From: Podarcis pityusensis
Taxonomy: Eukaryota
NCBI GenBank assembly: GCA_964106645.2
Contig: OZ067038.1
DNA length: 64,000 bases
Strand: one strand, 5' to 3'
Position 1 is the stretch's first letter, and each line of letters opens with the position of its first letter. The translations under genes and the position numbers were made by a program. This document shows positions 26,701 through 36,394 of this stretch, piece by piece. The notes under the pieces were generated by a model. It saw only the letters and a list, made by a program, of their open reading frames with translations. It was not told the DNA's origin and did no database searches.

Positions 26701-29700
26701 TTATCTGCTCACTAGAAAAGACTCATGGAGTCTATACAACTGAAGCTACTATTTGTTTTTTGTTTTTTAAATAATTTTTATTAAGATTTCAATAAAAGTT
26801 AAACAACAAAAAAAAGTTAAAATACAAAAACACGCAATACATAATCCAAAAAGAAAAAGAAAACACAGAAAACAAAATACAAAAAAAACCCTAAAAACAA
26901 ACAAACAGAACAATTAAAAACAGTATCACTTTTCCATTTCCGTTTTTGAATTTACTTATTTTCTGGACTTCCTCATACCTCCCTCTTTTGTATTCCAGTC
27001 CAAATTGTTTGTCCAGCAATTTCTTTTCCACTTTTTTAATCCCAATCTTTAATCGTAATATAATATAACATTAAATTTTTACCTCTTAAGTACCAAATTT
27101 CCATTTCCTTAAACATCTTTAATCCTAATCTTTAATCTTAGTCTATCAATAACTTTAACCTGTACAGCTGGAAACCACTTATTTTCGATCCAACATCACT
27201 CTAACATTCCTTAATTTTGCAATGTTTCTGAAGATAATCTTTGAATTTCTTCCAATCTTCCTCCACCAATTCTTCTTCCTGGTCACGGATTCTGCCAGTC
27301 ATTTCCGCCAGTTCCATATAGTCCATCAGTTTCATCTGCCATTCCTCCAGCATGGGAAGTTCTTGTGTCTTCCAATACTTTGCGATGAGTATTCTTGCTG
27401 CTGTTGTTGCATACTTAAAGAAAGTTCTATCCTTTTTTAACACCATTTGGCCGACTATGCCCAGGAGAAAGGCCTCTGGTTTCTTAGGGAAGGTATATTT
27501 AAATACCTTTTTTAATTCATTATATATCATTTCCCAGAAAGCCTTAATCTTTGGGCACGTCCACCAAAGGTGAAAAAATGTACCTTCAGTCTGAAGCTAC
27601 TATTTGACATTGCAAGTACTCAACTAGCAACCAATAACATCCACATGAAGTATGTCCTGGAATAGACCCTGAAGGTCATTTAGTCCAAGCCCCTGTCACA
27701 GATAAAGCACTCTTTCTCAGCTCTTTTGCTTTATTCTACATAATACAGAAATAGCACACTGCAAGATTCTTAATTCAGGACTACAAAGCTAACCAAAATA
27801 CTTGGGTGGGATATGTACAAAAGGAATAAGAAGGAATGCTTAATCTGTGGCTACCCTGCACTGAACAGGGAGTTGGACTGAATGACCTTTAAGGTGTTAA
27901 GGAATATAGCTAGTGTGTTAATTTCATTAGTGAGGGAAAAGCTGACTCACTGATTCATTTCCAAAATGCACCTGGCTCAATTTGACTTCTTTATCAATTT
28001 ACTGGGCAGATTTGGTTGCCCAGTCTTATTCCAGGACACGTCCTCTTTTTCAGGGGTAAAATTTCTGTCCAGGTAGATTTTTAAAATTTGCCCAAATGTC
28101 TCTGGCTATACTTTCTGGATGAGACATAGACTTGCTTTCCTTTTCTCTTCTCCTGTCCCCCTCAGCAATATATCACAGCTTCTATATCCTACCTGTGGTA
28201 GAGATATTTAAAACAAGTCGTCATAGCGTCCTCTTTGTTGCTCTTCAAAATATGGCTAACTTAGTAAGCATGCTACTATATGTATAAAAGGGCTCGGATT
28301 AGAGAATTGGTTGTGGGTCAGTGGCTGTTATCAGGAAGGGATGGATCATTGTGAAACACTTTGAGGAGAGCTCATCTGAAAAGAAGGCTGGCATATGGAT
28401 TTTGCTCAGCAAGGATTTTGAATTACACAAACTCCTCTGGGACCAAAGAGAGAAAAGCCTTTGTGCAACCTGTATATAGTGTGTAAATATAGAGTGTGTA
28501 TTTTGTGTGTGTCAGGTAAAACAACTGCTTAAAACAAGAACTGTTTTGGGTTGGTGAGCTAAGCAACTTTACTGAAGCTTCCAGGGCGCACACAGAGAGA
28601 GCAAGATTTATAGATTGAAGATAGCACCCCACATCACCATAAGGTTCTTTTAAACTCTTATTATTCTGTGGGAAAGGTGCACATAGCCAGTACACTTCCA
28701 TCCGTTCTGTGTTAATGGGTACTCATAACATATCATGGTGTCTTCTGCTTAAGGTGGAACTAATCACAACATAGGACATCTACTGCATATCCATCCATAT
28801 TGTCTAAATAACACCTCTGTTGAGGGTGTGACCTTTAACAGCTGCAAAACCCAGCATTTTGGAGCTTAAGAGAACATGGAACTTAATACAATACATTAAG
28901 CTGTTAGGTTTTTTGTTCACTGAACTGTCACTATTCAATGTCTTATTGCCACAGAGGAATTATGGAAGGAATTATCCTCCAAATCAGAATGATTCTTTGT
29001 GCAAATTCATATGCTGCAAACATCTTATTAAAATCCCTGCTCCTACCTTCTGGCTTTCTATCATATCATCCCCAACCCTTTAAAGCTTTAAACAGTCTTT
29101 GCTGAACTGGCTTCTTAAGTAAGGCTGTTGCTATACTCAACTGAACCTAACCTCAAAAATAAACTCTTCCTAATCTTACTGAGCCAACGCTTCATCCAGG
29201 ACTGTCTTTTTCTTCCAGTTATGCTTTACCTGATCTGTACTGCAAGCACTCTGGATAGGGACTGTGCCACTTGATCTTTGATACAGCATCTTGCATACAT
29301 TGCTATTCACCATGTAGCAGTCACTAGCATTTGCGATAGACTGAATGTGATCATTACAAAAAAGAAAAATAATGCTTTGTTGTAAACTGCAGTAAGAATG
29401 TTCCTCTTACAGATGACTTGTTATAATAGTATCCGTTGAAACACTGCTACAAGTTTCTACACCTGAAATTCTTTGTTTTGTTCTTTATAGTTCAACCAGG
29501 GATATTTTCAGCAACTGCAAATAAGGAATTGAAACATTTGGAAGAAGCACTGGTGGTGTTCTGGCTGCAAGGCTTTCGTCCAAAGCCTTTAGAAATAGTT
29601 TTTTTCTTAAAACTCCAAAGCAGGAATGAAAAACTGAAACTGTGCTCTTGGAATACTATGACAGGCAGCAATATTGAACACGGAGAAGATATGCCTCTTA

Positions 29701-30645
29701 TCACTGGAAAAGAAGAAGAAAGTTCTGATCTTGACAAGACGTTGAAGACCATGTTTACTTTTGAGCCAGCTTTGCAAGTAAAACAAAGGCGCACTTTTGA
29801 CGTTTCCTGCAAAGTCAACATAGTTCCAGATGTAAAGCATCTGGAGGAGTTTGAACTTATACTTGAAGTTAGACATGAGGCCTTTTCAGATCGTTTGTCT
29901 ACTGAAACAATATCATTTAAAGTCATAGGTAAGTAGGAAAGATGGGCTGAAATGATCACTTAGAATAATACTACATATTTCACTGGCTATTACAGTGGTA
30001 CCTCGGGTTAAGTACTTAATTTGTTCTGGAGGTCCATTCTTAACCTGAAACTGTTCTTAACCTGAAGCACCACTTTAGCTAATGGGGCCTCCTGCTGCCG
30101 CTGCGCCGCCAGAGCACAATTTCTGTTCTCATCCTGAAGCAAAGTTCTTAACCTGAAGCACTATTTCTGGGTTAGCGGAGTCTGTAACCTGAAGCGTATG
30201 TAACCTGAAGCGTATGTAACCTGAGGTACCACTGTATAAGAATTCTGTCAACAGATGAAAGGTGAGAGAGCTGCATGAATGCAGTGGGATACTTTCTGCT
30301 GCCAGTGATGATACACAAAGGGAAACAATGCAGGATTGTAGCTAAACTCTTTGATCAGTCTACAAAAAGTGAATGATAAAATGGGAAAGCAGCACAGGTG
30401 GCTTGTGTGGAGATTATTTTTCTTAATCTCGTTCAGTTTGACTAGTTTCTTATAACTTGTGAGCCCGTACGAAGGGTGAAGTGATGACCTTTAAAGCATT
30501 TCATGGTATAAGGCCTGCACGGGATTGTGTACTCCCTGCCTTCTTCAGATCAGAAATTCATGTGGACAAAAGAAAGTCCATACTTATTATCTTCTCCAGT
30601 TGCATTCTACTTGCTAATAATATCACTTTTTTGGTATGTATACAT

Positions 30646-30676
<31 letters not shown>

Positions 30677-33600
30677 CAGAATGTACTCCCAAAGTCTCCA
30701 AATTTGAATGTGAGCCTCCTGTACCAGAGTGTGGGAAACTCATCACATTATCTTGTTTAGTAGAAGATTTCTGCCCACGGGAGTGTGACGTTTGTTGGCT
30801 AAGAGGCAATAATGAGCCTTTGGATGCTATAAGTAACACAGAGGAGCCACAACTGGACCCAGGATCAAATCTGTATTGCAAGAAAAGCAGAGTATCCTTT
30901 ATACCTCAACCAGAAGACCATGCAGTAGACTTTATTGTTCAAATCAACCATTGTAAAAAAGTTATAAGACATAGTTACCCGCTCATGTTAAAAGGTGAGT
31001 ACTCGGCAAGTTCTTGTGCAATGAACCACTACTTGTGCTTTCCGTCTAAATAGTTTATCTAAAACTGGAAATACATAATGGAGTTGTTTCCTGTATCTGT
31101 ATTTGTTGTGGGTCTTTGATAACTTGTATTGAAAGAGATCACTTGTATCTCTTTGTCATTAGGTGATGCTATCGTGGGTTTGTCACATGGAAAACATGAC
31201 TCAGAGAGTCCTTGCACAGAAGTGTCAAGTCCTTCATAAAATTAGTATAGAAGTTTTTCTGGGTGAAATCAGCAAAGCAAGTTCATAGCTGATATGTGCA
31301 TCTTCGTAGGAAAATTATAGTGTCGGCTAGTGGCAAATTGCAAACATGACAAGCATTATAGTGCAGCCAATTTAAAACATGAATCAATGAGAAATCGAAG
31401 CTCTCATCTGTTTCAGTCCAGAAGGTCAAAGATGGCACACTTTGTATTCCAACCAGAATAAAACACAGCCATGTTTAATCATATGCATTTAATAACAAAT
31501 AATATATATGTGGGTGTCATATATGTTAGAATATGTTACAGACTGCCAAGGCTCTCCTGCCATTATATGCATACTCTTATCATTTCTCCATATACCGTAT
31601 TGTGTGGATTTGAACTAATTAAATCTGCAAAGCTTTTAATTTGTAGTTTTGTGAGATTGCTCTGATTTTACAAAAGATCTGTCTCCCAGAGTTCATTGGG
31701 AGAAGCCATAACATCTAAACTAGGCAAACTTGGTAGTTTTGACAAGACTGTGGTGTTAATTGCTCATTCTATCCTTTAATTTCAACCAGGGTTGTAGTGA
31801 GAGTGAAAGGATAAGCAACTGTAATTTTTCCAAACCTAACTCTTTTTGAGAGAGACTGTGTGTATATATCCATGTGTGTATCCACTGAGGATAGGAGTTC
31901 ATGCATCATATGAAGTAGCCTGTAGTCCATGAAAGTTTATGCCATGATATATGTGTTATAAAGTGACACTAGGCTAGCTTTTGCTGTAACATACTAATGT
32001 GACACCCCATCTGCCATTTGTCACTTCTAATTTACTGTTTTGCAATGCCAGATGTACTAGCATTCTTTGAATTTAAACTAATATTTTCAATTGTTTGTTT
32101 TCTCTGCATCTGCATTTTTTAGGTTACCCCAAAGTTACAGATATTACGTGTGAACCAAATTATCCTAAATATGGAACTACATTGTCTCTAACCTGTAAAG
32201 TCACAGATTTCTTTCTTAGCAACATAAATATTCAATGGCTTGATGGGGGTATTGAAATAAGTAAAGGTGTGGTCACAGAGGGGCCAGTCAAAGACTCAAA
32301 TGGCTGCTTGAAGTTGTCTTCTGAGCTCCAGCTGATACCAACTGCTTTGGATCATAATAAGTTCATTATTTTCAGTGTGACATATGGCGACCTGAAAAAG
32401 CCCATTATTAGAGATGTGTATCTAAAGCTCCCAGGTACGTACTGAGAGTCCTTTGGGTTCTTTCAACTTTTGGCAAATGGCAATTTGAGCTTGTTTATTT
32501 AACAAAATTTGTAAACCACTTAATTTTAAACATGTTGTTAAGTGATTGTAAAAATGTCTAAGTGGTTTGCATAAAATAAAATGTATATTAAATTGAGGAT
32601 CAATGTAGTATTATGATATAAAGCAGTTCCCTTTGCAACAAGGGAGGTTTGACATGTTTGTGTACTCTGATAGGTGTACCATATAGCCATGTCTCTACTA
32701 GCAGTCATGTGTCCCTAATATCTGCCAGTTTTGTTTGTTTTTTGAAAGTCCAAACTTCCTTGCAGACTTGCATTTAGTAGTTCTGAAGATTCCCTGGTAA
32801 AAAAATCAGGTAAATCTAATAAAAACTAAAAAACACACACCATATGTTCACACATAGGCACTGATGTTACTAGTTCACCCCAAGTTTTTGAAAATCAAAA
32901 ACCATATTCTCAGATCTATATTCATTGAAGATGAATATCCTTGCAACCCTGCTGATCTGAAGTGTGATTTAAACAATGACACATTTAAATCCTTCATAAA
33001 ATTCCTGTACTTTTTAGAGGAAAGTTATAGAATAGATTCACATTGGGGAAGGGCAGTAGAATATCCTAGGTTTAGCCCCTAGCATTTCCAGGCAGGGCTG
33101 GAAATATCCCCTGCTTGAAACTGTGCAGAGCTGCTGGCAGACACTGTAAACAACACTGAACTAGATGGATTAATGGACTGACTTGGTATAAGGCATATTT
33201 TTATGTTCCTGTTGTCTTGTATTCTCACTTCAAGTACATCCTTTCCTTTCCTCCCCATTTAGTTCACCGCCCTGAGATGTCTGAAATAAAGGAAACAGCG
33301 CAAAACAGTGAGAGCATCTCTTTGGAAACTGTCATATCAAATTTTGCACCTTGCAACATAAAAGTGACATGGTATGAAGAATGGGAAAAAATATCTGAAG
33401 ACAATCCCAGGAACATTCAGATTGGAGAAAACAAGTTAGGTTATTTTGTAAGCAAATTACAGTTTAGTCCAAAAGGAAAAGACTCCAAAAAGACAATCAG
33501 ATGTGAAGTTTTTCACCAAGCGACACAGGATTTTAAAGAAACAAGCTTTGTGTGGGAAAGGAAAGGTAAGAACTTTTTTTTTTATGTTTTCAGCGCAGAA

Positions 33601-35497
33601 TGTACAGAATTTATGTAAGGGATTCAGACATGTCCCTCCAAAAAACACTGCTAATGGGGGAAAAGGTGATTCCTCTTCTCAATTAAGCACTTCCGTTACT
33701 TAGGACTCAGCTACAATAGTAAAAAAACAAGAGAGTTTTAAATGCATTATAAACATGGAACACCAGGTGCACTGTAGAGCACAATACTTTTCTATGTGTT
33801 TTACATAGAGTTTTTTCTTTTGTTATAACAATTTAATTTATAATTTAATTATAGCGTTTCCCCCCCTGTGTGTAGATACACCCTCGGTCATGGCTGAAAG
33901 ATGGCTTTGTAGTCTTTTGGGTAGCTTATGATTTTCTCATATTTAATAATATTCTTCAGAAGACAAGTGTATCTGGTTGTTATGTCAACATAATGCTCTT
34001 ACAACACACCTGGTTTTAGAAATTTTGTCTTGAATTCATCAGAGAACTAGATTTTGAATTTTTTCCATGAATATTGCTCTGACTGTATCTCTCCCCACTA
34101 CAACCCCCCAAATGCTACCCTTGGAAGGCAGTTGGCTAATTGCAGTTGAAAGCGTGTTGATTCAGTTGAGTAGCATTTTTGCTGTAAGTATTTCTGTTAC
34201 GTGACATGATGCCTGCCCAAGGCCTAATATGTTATTTCTTCTTTTAAACAAGATGAGCCTGATAGCCTTGACAGCATGTCTACAGTGAGTGAAAACCACG
34301 GTGAGTATTGCACCTCACGTGTAGGTAAAATGCAGGTACATGACACATTGACTCAGTGGTTTCATATCCTGTTTTTGCAGTCCCAGTTAAAATCAGAAAA
34401 CTGCTTAGATGTTTCTTGGAGGAGGCAGTGGGAGAAGAGAGCACTTGGACAATCTTTACTCTGCTTATAAACCATTATTTATTAAAGTGAGATCATTACA
34501 TCTCAACCAGACCATTAAGTTACTCTAAACGTGCACATTATTTTCATAAGGGATGATCTGAAAGATCAGCTTAGTCCATTCTGTGAAACTTGTACGCAGG
34601 GATCTGCAAGCTTTCGTTTGGCATAAAAGCCTGCCACTATTTGTGGCCACAGTGACCACTCCTCTCAGCCCTCTGAAATGTACAAGGAAACAGGAAAGGG
34701 TGCAAAGGAGTTCCTCATGTCATGCTTCTATTTACGCCATTCCTATTCTGCTTAATGTATGACAATATATTTATATACCACTGGATAGTTTTTAAAAATC
34801 ATAAAAATAATAAAACAATAACAGGTTTGACAAAACAACTATGTGAAACATTAGTTTTAAAACAAGTAGTTTATGAATTTATATGCCACCATTAATATCT
34901 TAATAACTGAGTCTCTAACAACCGATAAAAGATACTGAAGACATATGAAAGACATTCATATATGCTTAACTGAACACATGAAAGTCCATCCAGATGAAAC
35001 TACAGATTGGGGCTTGAAGATAAAACTGTATCAATGTGAGCAGAAAGTTCAAATTATCTGACTTGAGGAAAATATGCAAATGATTGGAAACTGAACATCA
35101 CAACCAGGGATGCTTAATGTTAGCGAGATGCCTCTTCCAGGTATGTACTTCAAGAGCAGTTTCCTATTCAATTTCCTATTCCCTCTCTCTAGATTCTAAG
35201 TTACCAACTCAGCCTATGAAGATAGAATGTGTCACCAGCAACCCAAAGGCAGGCGAGGTGACTCTTCGCTGTTTTGTACCTGGAATAAGAGCAGAGGAAG
35301 CCATTGTTTCCTGGTTTAACGGAGTATATCCAGTTGATGATAAAATACAGAATGAAAACTGTGGCGATGGATCTGGTTTTATTTCGTATGTGAACATTAC
35401 AACCGAAAAAGATAAGAAAAAATATGAAATCGAATGTGCAGTTTATGTAGATGCAAATGATGAAACCTTGCGTGAAACCTTTGATTTAGAACTTTGA
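17995..35497 (+). CDS. NCR3LG1: NCR3LG1/B7-H6-like type I membrane protein with five extra post-transmembrane Ig-like domains, predicted 861 aa; exons 17995-18085, 22245-22595, 24423-24749, 26150-26245, 29491-29928, 30680-30994, 32123-32434, 33263-33565, 34253-34300, 35193-35497
   Basis: Syntenic position between NUCB2 and KCNJ11. IgV (SLKVTM...IPC...VEWYWK...[26 protein letters not shown]) and IgC1 (CTVNKFYP...[14 protein letters not shown]...YSCVVGH) resemble B7-H6. All introns are GT-AG phase 1, and the summed CDS of 2586 nt is one open frame. The B7-H6 identity is strong; joining of the post-TM exons is inferred. Confidence 0.85.
18364..18591. mobile_element. Penelope-like element remnant in inverted (palindromic) arrangement with 12-bp TSD
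   Basis: TSD TAACGAGAGTAA at 18352-18363 and 18592-18603; perfect inverted repeat 18403-18588; terminal sequence of the type found in reptile Penelope elements (family assignment from memory). Confidence 0.75.
18498..18537 (+). ncRNA. Minimal type I hammerhead ribozyme motif (mirror copy on - strand at 18454-18493)
   Basis: GGUAU-CUGAAGA-A-GUGUGC(UU)GCACAC-GAAA-GC-UC-AUACC: stem I GGUAU/AUACC, CUGANGA and GAAA core, stem II, tiny palindromic stem III (AGCU). Confidence 0.65.
18971..19640 (-). mobile_element. CR1 LINE 3' end, internally deleted
   Basis: ORF 19045-19446 [16 protein letters not shown]...[11 protein letters not shown]...[10 protein letters not shown] is the CR1 ORF2 C-terminus; ATGATTC-type tail; joined to an upstream ORF2 segment ([10 protein letters not shown]...KKWKRG). 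Confidence 0.9.
19711..20027 (-). mobile_element. L1-clade 3' UTR fragment with poly(A)
   Basis: T-run and TTTATT at the left end, A-rich body like the L1 at 26756-27590, flanking direct repeat ttattattattaacta. Confidence 0.55.
20050..20900 (-). mobile_element. Old L2-like LINE fragments
   Basis: Motifs such as tttaaggctttataggtcaaaaccagcactttgaattgggcccagaaactaattggcagccagtgcag, with a related copy near 12150-12260. Confidence 0.5.
21607..21963 (+). mobile_element. Sauria SINE
   Basis: tRNA-like head (GGTTCGAATCCC-type B box), body GTGCAAGTAGATAAATAGGTACC, (ACCTTT) tail. Confidence 0.9.
22245..22595 (+). CDS. NCR3LG1: NCR3LG1-like exon 2, IgV domain
   Basis: Canonical B-strand Cys, C-strand Trp and EEGIYSC; T-rich tract with AG acceptor; donor G|gtaag. 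Confidence 0.93.
22965..23120 (-). mobile_element. CR1 3' fragment
   Basis: Similar to 18980-19150 (gagttggaa...ctctgctt...tccaaagaaggagag...aacagctctta). Confidence 0.65.
23740..23770. repeat. (TATG)n microsatellite
   Basis: Direct reading. Confidence 0.95.
24423..24749 (+). CDS. NCR3LG1: NCR3LG1-like exon 3, IgC1 domain
   Basis: [20 protein letters not shown] and [10 protein letters not shown]1-set motifs; both Cys present; cag| acceptor and |gtattc donor. Confidence 0.93.
25000..25870 (+). mobile_element. Decayed CR1 ORF2 3' fragment interrupted by a Sauria SINE
   Basis: gagctggaaaaggtgcacaaaaagggcaaccaaaatgatatt (ELEKV..RATKMI-like), continuing after the SINE as aggttcagggcagacaaaaagaagtacttt. 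Confidence 0.6.
25276..25633 (+). mobile_element. Sauria SINE, full length
   Basis: GGGATGCGGGTGG start, (ACCTTT)n tail, TSD-like ttatgtgtgatat at 25255-25267 and 25632-25644. Confidence 0.92.
26150..26245 (+). CDS. NCR3LG1: NCR3LG1-like exon 4, stalk + transmembrane helix ([32 protein letters not shown])
   Basis: Strong acceptor tttctctctctttacag|, donor A|gtaagt, 96 nt phase 1-1, about 23 hydrophobic residues followed by KK; too short to appear in the ORF track. Confidence 0.88.
26756..27590 (-). mobile_element. 5'-truncated L1-clade LINE (ORF2 C-terminus + 3' UTR + poly(A))
   Basis: [17 protein letters not shown] zinc-knuckle region leading into ORF 27201-27530; perfect 16-bp TSD ctgaagctactatttg at 26740-26755 and 27591-27606. 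Confidence 0.9.
29491..29928 (+). CDS. NCR3LG1: Post-TM exon 5, degenerate Ig C1-like domain (146 codons)
   Basis: ttctttatag| acceptor, G|gtaagt donor; FWLQGFRP and LEVRHEAF echo C1 motifs CxxxGFYP and CxVxH but lack the Cys. Confidence 0.8.
29993..30234. mobile_element. Tigger-like MITE, family A
   Basis: TA-CAGTGGTACCTCGGGTTA...TAACCTGAGGTACCACTG-TA. Confidence 0.9.
30645..30676. repeat. (TTTA)8 microsatellite forming a splice-acceptor tract
   Basis: Direct reading; immediately followed by cag and the exon. Confidence 0.95.
30680..30994 (+). CDS. NCR3LG1: Post-TM exon 6, Cys-rich Ig C1-like domain (105 codons)
   Basis: tttacag| acceptor, G|gtgagt donor; [12 protein letters not shown]...VCWL...FIVQINH. 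Confidence 0.85.
32123..32434 (+). CDS. NCR3LG1: Post-TM exon 7, Ig C1-like domain (104 codons)
   Basis: ttttttag| acceptor, G|gtacgt donor; [11 protein letters not shown]...IQWL...LSSELQLIP. Confidence 0.85.
33263..33565 (+). CDS. NCR3LG1: Post-TM exon 8, Ig C1-like domain (101 codons)
   Basis: ccccatttag| acceptor, G|gtaag donor; [14 protein letters not shown]...IRCEVFH. Confidence 0.85.
34253..34300 (+). CDS. NCR3LG1: Putative 48-nt linker exon 9 ([16 protein letters not shown])
   Basis: Pyrimidine tract + aacaag| acceptor, CACG|gtgagt donor, frame-preserving phase 1-1; no homology support. Confidence 0.5.
35193..35497 (+). CDS. NCR3LG1: Terminal exon 10, Ig-like domain with both Cys, stop TGA 35495-35497
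   Basis: ccctctctctag| acceptor; VTLRCFVP...VSWF...YEIECAV; ends ETFDLEL*. Confidence 0.8.
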
Positions 35498-35509
35498 GAA
35501 ATCATTGTA

Positions 35510-36394
35510 CAGTGGTGCCCCGCTAGACGAATGCCTCGCAAGACGAAAAACTCGCTAGACGAAAGGGTTTTGCGTTTTTTCAGCTGCTTCGCAAGACGAA
35601 TTTCCCTATGGGCTTGCTTCGCAAGACGAAAAACGAAAACGTCTTGCAAGTTTCTTTCCTTTTTCTTAACACCATTAATACAGTTGTTTGTATCGAAGTT
35701 GACTTCGAAGAGCAACTCATAGAACGCGGTGTGGTAGCCTTTTTTGAGGTTTTTGAAGACTTTGGTGATTTTTGAAGCTTTTCCAAAACTTCTTTTGCAC
35801 CCATTTGGTAAGTTAAACTTTTAAAACTTTTTTGGGGGGTTTTGGATTTTGGGTTGGGGTGTTTGGAATTCAAGGACTTGGTGTTGGGGAGGGGTTTGCA
35901 AGAATCTGGAAGCTTGTGTTTTTTTTCCTGCATTTTTATGATTTTCTGTGACCACTGGGCCACTCTGCTGTTTTTTTAAAAAAATTCTGGATTTGAATTT
36001 CTGTGTGGTGGGTGGCTGGGGGAACAGTTGAGGAAGGGGTTCTTCAGCAAGAAGCAAAGAGTGGAAGAGGAACCTTCTTCGAGTTGTCCCCCAGAGTCTT
36101 AGAAAATGTACTGTACACTTTGTTGATTTTTTAATGTTTTTCTGTCATGTTTAGAAACTTAATTTATTGTTCCTTCAGTTTTTGAAATGCTCTTTACAGT
36201 ATGTGTGACTTTAAAGAGCACTTAATAAACTCTTGTTGTACCAAATTTGGCTTTGTTTGGACTTTTTTTGACCATAGGAACGCATTAATTGAATTTCAGT
36301 GCATTCCTATGGGATTTCGTGCTTCGCAAGACGAAAAATTCGCTAGACGAAAAAACTCGCGGAAGAATTAATTTCGTCTTGCGAGGCACCACTG
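35510..36394. mobile_element. Tigger-like non-autonomous element, family B (long copy), 12 bp after the NCR3LG1-like stop codon
   Basis: Same TIRs as 6463-6820, with TA flanks. Confidence 0.88.

Noticed and set aside
29491-35497. Separate immunoglobulin heavy-chain constant or MHC gene
   Set aside because: No V/J segments, RSS, switch region, own leader or TM exon; canonical cysteines are missing; the exons are in phase with the upstream stop-less TM exon.
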